A DNA stretch of 64,000 nucleotides, taken from NCBI RefSeq assembly GCF_000002075.1, contig NW_004797549.1, positions 435,608 to 499,607 on the forward strand, given 5' to 3'. Numbering within the stretch: position 1 is the stretch's first letter; each line of letters starts with the position of its first letter. A program made the position numbers and the translations under genes. This stretch comes from Aplysia californica. Taxonomy: Eukaryota. Shown piece after piece: positions 25,190 to 64,000 of this stretch. The notes under the pieces were generated by a model. It was not told the DNA's origin. It saw only the letters and a list, made by a program, of their open reading frames with translations, and ran no database searches.

Positions 25190-28160
25190 TGTAACCGGGC
25201 AGCACATGAGAGAATGCAATAAATCGTATCAGATTCGTCGTATGAAAGAACTGTCCGTTTTATCGAACTGTGTTGTCTGTTTACACGTTCCGACCTATCG
25301 TCCAGTTTTCTTTCGATCGAGGACATTCCTCGTCATAAAACCATGTCTCTTTGCGACGTCTGCGATTTGTCTGTACATGTACTCTGTGTGAAGGTTTCGA
25401 GCTGTGGACTTAATGAATGAATGGCGAACACTGTACCTCTAGATCAAAAGAGCCCCCTCTTCCCTGTATATCTTGATATAGCAGAACAGTGTCTTTAGAA
25501 AAGGGTGGCCATACTGTTACCTTGCTGTATGTAGAAGTAGAAGCTTTGACTGGACTGCAGATGTGCAACGCACCGAGTGATATTGATGCACAGCTTCACC
25601 TTTAACCAGGCGCGGTTCGTCCATAGAGCACGGTAGTGCAGTGCCGCCCAAATTTTTTTAATGTTCTCGGACGTAAAACACCCACAATAATAAAACAAAA
25701 GAAGCTATAAACAAACACTAGCCAAATATTATACCAAAACAAAGGTCCTCACTGGCGCCATAACTGTCATTTCTATGTCTATAGCGCCGTAAAACATCTA
25801 CTATGCTATGCCAAAGTCCACGCGCTTAAACTAAACAGAAAAAGATATTCAACCGTGTAACTTGACCTATAAATCGCTCTTGTGGTACTTGTGGATAACC
25901 CAAGCGATAACGACGCTCGTAGCCAGTTTGGCGGTACATTAATATTAATAAGCCGGCACATCTCAGATGTGCTCCTGCCGAATAGTGCCGAAACATAGCC
26001 CGCAGTAGGCAGTCTAAAAATAAACACGATAGACCCTACGCTATTCTTTGCCAGTATTATGTGAGCCCCAGAGCAATCCAGCGGAGTGCTCAAGTGAATT
26101 TTGATTGGTTCATTGTTTGTCTTGCCTCTATTTTAAGTGACTCTGTAACCGTGAACCTAAGGGAGGTGAACGTGACCGTTTTATGAGTTGTGCCTTTGAA
26201 TTGTTTTGTAGTGGAGTAGTGAAAGTTATTAGATCTACATGTACTTGATTGTTCAGTTCTAATACAGGATGAACGAAATTGATGTTTCGCTACCAAACAA
26301 ATCTAGTACTAGAAATCAAAGCGACAAGTAAAAAGAATGAAAATAAAAGCACGAGGCCCTCCCTCACCAACCCAAAGATCCTAAAATTATACACAGTCTC
26401 ATTTACTATGCCCTTGACTATCTTCTTTCTTCAGCATGCGATAGCTTAAATTGTGCACGCCCACTTTTTAGCCCCACGAGCCGCCCCTGCCCTTAACGAT
26501 CAACTATATAGTGCGGTCAAAAATGCGTGGTGCGGCTTATTTTCAAATATCTCCTCAATTATCGAACATAGATCTAGGTTCTCCAGTTTTTGCACAGCGG
26601 TGAACCTGATTTGGTGTGTTATTAAGTATAATATTTTAGCAATTTTATTATTTAGCCTAGTTGATCGTCAATTGTGAAGCGAGCGCTGTGCATCAAGGTC
26701 ACTCGGTGCGTTGCACCTGCAGTCAAGTCAAAGCTACCGTTCTACACACAACACGGTAGGCCTACAGTATGGCAACCCTTTTATCGAACGTTGTTGTCTG
26801 TTTACACCTTCCATTCCCAATCTATCGTCCAGTTTTCTATCGGTCGAGGAGATTCTTTGTGACATCGATTTGCCTGCACTCTATGTGAAGGTTTCGAGCT
26901 CTGGACCTAATGAATGAAAGTTGAAAGGCGAACCCTTGTACCTCTAGATCACGAGAGCCCTCCTCCCCTGCACATTTTGATATAGCAGAACGTACAGTGT
27001 CTTTAGAAAAGGGTGGCCATGCTGTACCGTGTTGTGTGTTGAAGTCACGGCTTACTGAAATTATCGGTAAAAGCCCGGTTACACGTAACGATAATTTGTA
27101 CAAAAACTGGACGATCTGATCGTACGATAAATCGCCAGTTGTAACATGTATATTATATTCCCTTGTAAACTTGCCGCCGCGCAGAATTAAACTCAAAGCT
27201 CAATTTTTTTTTAAATAATCATCGTAGGTAAAAACTGATTTCATATTCGGAATCAGCGTCTCAAAATAAGAAAAGTTGTTCGCGGAGAACCTGATTTGGT
27301 GCGTTATTGTGCATATTTTAAATTTTAGCAATTTTATTATTTAGTGGATCGTCAATGGTGAAGTGCATCAAGGTCACTAGGTGCGTTGCACATCATTCTG
27401 CAGTCAAGTCAAAGCTTCTCTTTCTACACACAACACGGTACAGTATGGCCATCCTTTTCTAAAGACACTGTTCTGCTATATCAAAATGTATAGGGGAAAG
27501 GGGGGGGGGGGGGGCNNNNNNNNNNNNNNNNNNNNNNNNNNNNNNNNNNNNNNNNNNNNNNNNNNNNNNNNNNNNNNNNNNNNNNNNNNNNNNNNNNNNN
27601 NNNNNNNNNNNNNNNGGGGGGGGGGGGGGAGCTCTCGTGATCTCGAGGTACAGTGTTCGCCTTTCATTCATTAGGTCCAAAGCTCGAAACCTTCACTATG
27701 CTTCTTAGGCAAATTGCTGCTGTCTTCGCAAAGGGACATGGTGGCTTTGTGACGAGGAATCTCCTTGATCGAAAGAAAACTGGACGATGGATTGGAACGT
27801 GTAAACAAACAACACAGTACGATAAAACAGACAGTCCTCTCATACGACGAATCTGATGCAATTTATCGTTGCGTGTAACCGGGGCTTAAGCCGTGGTGAA
27901 AGTAGAAGCTTTGACTTGACTAGAGATGCGCAACGCACATTGTGACCTTGATGCACAGCTTCGCCCCATTGACGATCAACTAAACAATAAAAAGCTAAAA
28001 TATATCTCTAAATATATATTTTAATAACGCTCCAAATCAGGTTCGGCGCGAACAGCGATGTTTATTTTGAGACGCTGATTCCGAATATAAAATCAGTTTT
28101 TACCTAAGATAATTATTTTGAGCCCTGAGTTTAGTTCTGCGCGGCGGAAAATTTCAAAGT
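25190..28160. mobile_element. Cluster of long-TIR (foldback-like) non-autonomous DNA elements
   Basis: 27165-27420 inverted to 27900-28158; 25222-25600 inverted to 27360-27866; rearranged copies at 26600-27040. Confidence 0.7.
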
Positions 28161-29212
28161 GATTCTTCGTCACAGCGCGTCTCCCCCAAACCTGACCGTG
28201 ATCGCACGGTAAGAGGGTTTTATTATGAGGTCCTTGAGATTAGGAAAGCCAGTAGTCTTATTTTATGTTTTACAAATCATTTATCTCATTACTATTACTA
28301 CATGTATTACTGGTGTAAAAATCTAGATGTCCTAGCGGCTCCTTAATATATATTTTTTAAAGTCCAGCTTGCGTAACTTTAACAACAACGGCGAATAACT
28401 TCTCTGTTAAAGAAAGATGAAGGAAGGGGGGGGGGGGGGGGAAGAGTTTGAGTCTCCTTTAATTTAGCACTGTACCTGATTTAATCTACCATAGTAGTCT
28501 CTCAAATGAGGTCCCATCGTTTATGATCCCGGTTCACTTAAGATTCCATTGTTAAAATTATTTTAAAAAAGAAACTACCCCCAAAACAACACATTTTATT
28601 ACAGAAAAGTCACCTCCAAGATCCCACTCTGGAGTCTTAAGTTCCCGCATTTCAGATAATGTTTTACTGAACAATAAAATCTTCATGGATCATCCACTCT
28701 CATATACATATATTATATACGATCACATCTCCGCTCTAAATTTCTCGACGAGTAATACAATGTTCGCCTCTGGTCTTACAATGAAAGGATCACACCCAGG
28801 TGTGAACTTTTCGACGCCTTTTTTTATTTCTCCTAACATCGAACTACAGCAAGGCGTGATTCAGTAGGCAGGGCCAACAAGGCTGCATCAGAGAGGATTA
28901 CATCGAACAGTGATTTCATCGGTGTTTATGTTTCCCTGACCACCTATCAGGTTTGCTTCCGAATTTGCCACACAGATTTTGCGCCTATGTACTCTGGGAC
29001 TGTCCGATTGCCTTTGTGTAATGTAATGTGCATGAGCCAGCCTTTCATTCTTCGAATTTTAATTGGTTCGTTTACAAAATAATGACGAGTTACGACCTGA
29101 ATATGAGCGGTGATTTAATCGGCCAGAGATGAAGGAAAGCAATAAATGCTTGACAGGTAAAAGGGTGGAGCAATGAGTGAGATAACGCTTTATTATAACA
29201 AATAATCGAAGT

Positions 29213-29806
29213 GGCTAGCCGTACTTAAGTACGGCTAGACTGCCAGTCTAGCCGTACTTAGATCTAGGTTTGGCCCAATCGACTCAAGCCTGTTAAGTAC
29301 ACAGGTCTCATTAGATCTAGATCTAGTAATTATTCAGGTTCAAATACATGCAAGTCAGTAAGGCACCTTTTGGTTTTGACTGAAATACACATACTTTAGG
29401 CATTGCAAACTAAAAATTTCATTTACAATTCAGCCATCAATATTAAGTACGGCTAGCCTGACAGTCTAGCCGTCCTTAAGTACGGCTAGCCTGGCTGTCT
29501 ACCCGTACTTAAGTACGGCTAGACTGCCAGTCTAGCCGTACTTATCTTAGGCCCTATTAACATTAGAAAACAGGAAGTTTAAAATACATGCCCTATTAAC
29601 ATTAGAAAACAGGAGGTTTAAAATACATGCACTGTCATTAAGGCACATGGTTTTGTCTCAAATACAAATACTTTAGGTACTGCACACTAAAAATGTATAT
29701 TTACAATTCAGTAGGCCTATTTTTTGTAAATGGTCAGTCTAGCCATCATATTAAGAATAAGTACGGCTAGACTGTGAGTCTAGCCGTACTTAAGTACGGC
29801 TAGACC
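29213..29806. repeat. Arrays of alternating palindromic units
   Basis: Perfect palindromes CTAGCCGTACTTAAGTACGGCTAG (29215-29238) and a 28-bp one at 29778-29805; three clusters. Confidence 0.9.
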
Positions 29807-31419
29807 ATAAATAATAGGCAATGGAGCCCAACGACACAAGCTAACAATTAAGACTGGAGTACTTGCGCATCAATACAGTTTGTAAATTGTTTGTTGATCA
29901 CGAATCCTTTCAGCAGGATCTTATAGTGTTCNNNNNNNNNNNNNNNNNNNNNNNNNNNNNNNNNNNNNNNNNNNNNNNNNNNNNNNNNNNNNNNNNNNNN
30001 NNNNNNNNNNNNNNNNNNNNNNNNNNNNNNNNNNNNNNNNNNNNNNNNNNNNNNNNNNNNNNNNNNNNNNNNNNNNNNNNNNNNNNNNNNNNNNNNCTAC
30101 CCCATCCCTCATTTTAGCATTCTCTCCCATACCATAGCCAACTGCCCAGCCCTATGCGATCCTTTGTAAAGAAAAAACCGCAGTTCGCCCTGGGTGACCA
30201 TATTATTATAATTGCGCAATTTTGCATGTTCCACTGGGCGTNNNNNNNNNNNNNNNNNNNNNNNNNNNNNNNNNNNNNNNNNNNNNNNNNNNNNNNNNNN
30301 NNNNNNNNNNNNNNNNNNNNNNNNNNNNNNNNNNNNNNNNNNNNNNNNNNNNNNNNNNNNNNNNNNNNNNNNNNNNNNNNNNNNNNNNNNNNNNNNNNNN
30401 NNNNNNNNNNNNNNNNNNNNNNNNNNNNNNNNNNNNNNNNNNNNNNNNNNNNNNNNNNNNNNNNNNNNNNNNNNNAAGGTCCTTGCACCTACCGTATACT
30501 GATACATTATTCATACTCGAATCAAAACCCGAACAAGCCTGTCGCCCGTTTTTTTGATAGCCGGTGTGTGCCCCCCGCCCGCGGCGGGCGGTACAAGGGT
30601 GTAGAATGGGGAAAAAGGATTATTTTTGTGTGTCCTGGGCCGCCATAGGTTATACATAGAGAGTCTGTATCCCTCCCCGAAGAGCGAGAANNNNNNNNNN
30701 NNNNNNNNNNNNNNNNNNNNNNNNNNNNNNNNNNNNNNNNNNNNNNNNNNNNNNNNNNNNNNNNNNNNNNNNNNNNNNNNNNNNNNNNNNNNNNNNNNNN
30801 NNNNNNNNNNNNNNNNNNNNNNNNNNNNNNNNNNNNNNNNNNNNNNNNNNNNNNNNNNNNNNNNNNNNNNNNNNNNNNNNNNNNNNNNNNNNNNNNNNNN
30901 NNNNNNNNNNNNNNNCCCCACACACACACACACTCCCACCCGCACACACACAGGGATACGCTTACGGAACGGAAAGACTAAAAACAAAACAAAAACATAA
31001 CAAAACAAAACGAAAACCATGGCACTATTGTCGGATTCATGTCCAATTGTAAAAAAATGTACAACGTACTAACGTTCTTGTCGACATGTATGATGTAGGC
31101 TAGGGCCTACTCATCACGAAACAAAATTATGCATAATTTGTACATAATATTATAATAAATGTTTACATTTTGACGTAAAGATTGAAAACACCCTGGCATG
31201 GAAGACAAAGAAGTAAGAGAGATTATAATGCCTGTTAGGACTACTCTATTTTATGATCACCCCTATCTTATATTTTGTTACGTACAGCTGACTAGAAGCG
31301 AGGACAAAGTTTTCAAGTTTGTTCAAATTATGATGTTGGGTTAAAAAATTAATAGATTTACGGGGTCTGAGCTACAAAGAGGTATTTTGATGGTAAATTA
31401 ATTTTTCAATACACGACTG

Positions 31420-31579
31420 AAGCGCCATCTACGAACAATCGGCGGAAGAAGTGACTTCCTGTTTGAGAGAAAGGAAAGAAAATCAACGCGAGAGAATACC
31501 GGCGAGCTAAATATTTTTAAGAAAGTGAAAGTGAAAGCGATTCCTTGCAAGTTTGGCAGTGCATGTTCGGAGGCCTTAG
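31420..31579 (+). promoter_or_regulatory. SRRT promoter and non-coding exon 1
   Basis: YY1-like GCGCCATCT, ETS motifs GGCGGAAG and ACTTCCTG, CpG-richer region, donor TAG|GTGAGG at 31579/31580; next acceptor at 33762 precedes the ATG. Confidence 0.6.
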
Positions 31580-32771
31580 GTGAGGAATGAACTGGCTTTG
31601 CTGTTGCGTAGCTCCCTATGGCTATGTCTGTGATCGATGCTAGCTAACATACGTCTAGAGTCTAGATTCGTTGACTGGAGTAGGCATTTGCCGAGCTAGC
31701 CGTGTTGGCCTTGCCTTGTGTAGGCTACCTGGCTTCGGCTTCGGCAACTGCCAACTGCACCCGCTTCTCTAAATCTTGAAAACGTTTGTTTTTATCTTTG
31801 TTTTAGTTAAAATTAGATGGAAGATTGAACAATACCGGACCACTTGTATTATTGCGCCTTGCGTGAGCTAGATTACTTTCATAACAACACCGCTCTGCCG
31901 CACGCGCGCTTCAACTTCAATTCGCGAGAGGAGGAAGGCTAGCATTGGATGTCCAACATTCTTCATTCACACACATCTTGGAATTTGGAAGGGGGGGGGG
32001 GAGCCCTGACAAACCACTAATTTTGAGTGATGAACATATATTATAGGCCTACCGGTCCGAAATTATTCATTCCGGTTGTAAGAAGAGGGAAGTTGTTTGG
32101 GGGGTTCAGGGGGGTTTCCCCCCTGACAACTGTCCGAGATTCTTCATTGTGAGAGATATTACAATTGATGTTATCTCACGATGCACTTACGAAGAATGCC
32201 TGACTTCGCGGGGAAGGGAGAGGCGGTGGCTCGCACGCTCGGTCTCGCGATGTTCCACGCGCTGTGTTCTCTAGGCCCCGCCCTGCTGGCACATGATCCG
32301 TGGTCCGGCATGCTTCGCTGTGGTCCGGAATGTTTCGCCGTGAATGCACGCTCTTGGTTTAGCCTTAGGTGAAGTTTCCCGGACTAGGTAGGCCTACATT
32401 GTTGTCTAAATGAAGTATCCTGGACCACGGTACGGTTGAGAGAAGGATGCTGTAGACTACACAAAAATTAGTTCCTCTGCTAAATTCCATTAAAAATTAT
32501 TTTTTGTAATTGTTTTTCATCTCAATTTCCCTTCCATCATGGTCCATACATTATAAAAATAGCATTACGATTTTTAAAAAAGCCATTAACCGCTCTTTTA
32601 GCTGTGCTGAACTCCTAAAATACCAGCGGTTGAGACATCTATAGAGGCAAAAGTAGTCCCAGTCCGCTGGTCCGGTATTCTTCAATCTGACCAAATTAGA
32701 ATCTTAAATTGATGTAGCCTAAACTCAAAGTGGGAGAGCAGCAGTCACAGTTGGCAGCAAGCCATAAAGGG

Positions 32772-33206
32772 GGCACTACTTGGATGGTGGTCCCGACTTT
32801 TGTGTAGGCCTACTGAAATATCGATACTGATTTAAATAGTCGGTATCAATGTTTTTATGTTTTACCTGTAGCCTAGATCTAAATCTAGATTCAGCCTACA
32901 AAATGAACAAAAATTTCACTTTTTTTTCACAAGGCAAGGAGGGTTGCCCCCCTGACTTAAAAAAAAACCCCAAGGGGTTTCAGGGGGGCATGCCCCCCCT
33001 CTGAATTTGACCACGATTTGATGTGCAATTTAATTAGGTTTGAAAGGCTATCTCTCCATATCGGCACTCGAATCAAAAAGTAATCGTTTTAGACTTAAAA
33101 CCAGAAGTAATCGTCGTTGGGGTCAAAACTAGATTCTAGATTTTCTGTGGGTTATATTTCCAGCCCTGTCACAAAAGTCGGGACCACCATATATCCAAGT
33201 AGTGCC
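32772..33206. mobile_element. MITE-like inverted repeat in SRRT intron 1
   Basis: GGCACTACTTGGATGGTGGTCCCGACTTTTGTG inverted at 33170-33206. Confidence 0.6.
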
Positions 33207-33795
33207 GAAAAGGTCTTAGTTAGAAGATTTCCTACCAGGTCTGTTTTCTTCGTGACTTTGTTCCCGGTTACCGGGTCTGTAGATCTAGAACATGATCTAG
33301 AATATCTAGAGATCTAAAATGGGAGTGTATACTAGATTAGATTTCTAGATCTAGGTTCGGCGATTTTATAGTTTCGTTCTTTAAAGTCAAGAGTAGGGCC
33401 TGGGGGTTTCAGGGGGGCTTGAAGCCTGAACCCCCATCCCCCCCACCCCCCTGAATTTTATCGTAATTTGATGTTTTGCAGAACTTTAGGTTGCATCCCT
33501 GCTCTTTGTGTAGCCTATTTCAAATAGTATTTGATTTGGTCATCAAGACTTCGGGATTTCTTGTCTGGATGCAAACAAATGGATTGTAGACTTTAACGAA
33601 CGGAACTACAAGATGACCCTAGATTCTAGATCTAGATCTCTAGCTAGATCTACAGTCCCTTGTACCATAAATTCATTAAAGTATACACGTCAGACTTTGT
33701 GTTTGTCTTGGTTACTTAGTGACTGAAGATCTGTCGTAATCTAAATCATCTTTCTTTTTCAGGTAACAGACCTCTGACTCTTACTCTTGCTGAAG

Positions 33796-64000
<30,205 letters not shown>

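Noticed and set aside
29213-29806. CRISPR-like repeated palindromes
   Set aside because: No unique spacers of constant length, no cas genes, eukaryotic context.

Overview
Draft-assembly animal genomic DNA with several N gaps. The repeat families and protein sequences suggest an invertebrate, probably a mollusc or other lophotrochozoan (inference). There are two intron-rich genes on the + strand. (1) A complete V-ATPase V1 subunit H gene (ATP6V1H/VhaSFD): 15 coding exons, 4769-20712, 475 aa, all GT-AG introns. (2) SRRT/ARS2 (Serrate RNA effector): probable non-coding exon 1 ending at 31579, CDS from 33796 running off the window end, up to 23 coding exons. The rest is degraded RTE and L2/CR1 LINEs, MITEs (pogo/Tc1-, piggyBac- and hAT-like), tRNA-SINEs, palindromic arrays, and about 15 copies of a ~180-bp retroposed element, all on the + strand. 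The most interesting signals are in the SRRT splicing architecture: an AT-AC U12 intron overlaid by a frameshifting GT-AG decoy; a 48-nt symmetric exon encoding ARS2's own EDGEI ligand motif; two RG-rich microexons, one buried in a stem-loop; and an exon-1 uATG that becomes in frame if the start-codon exon is skipped. Together these could form an ARS2 auto-regulatory system (hypothesis). Exon models were read by hand from splice signals, frame continuity and remembered orthologue sequences; no searches were run.
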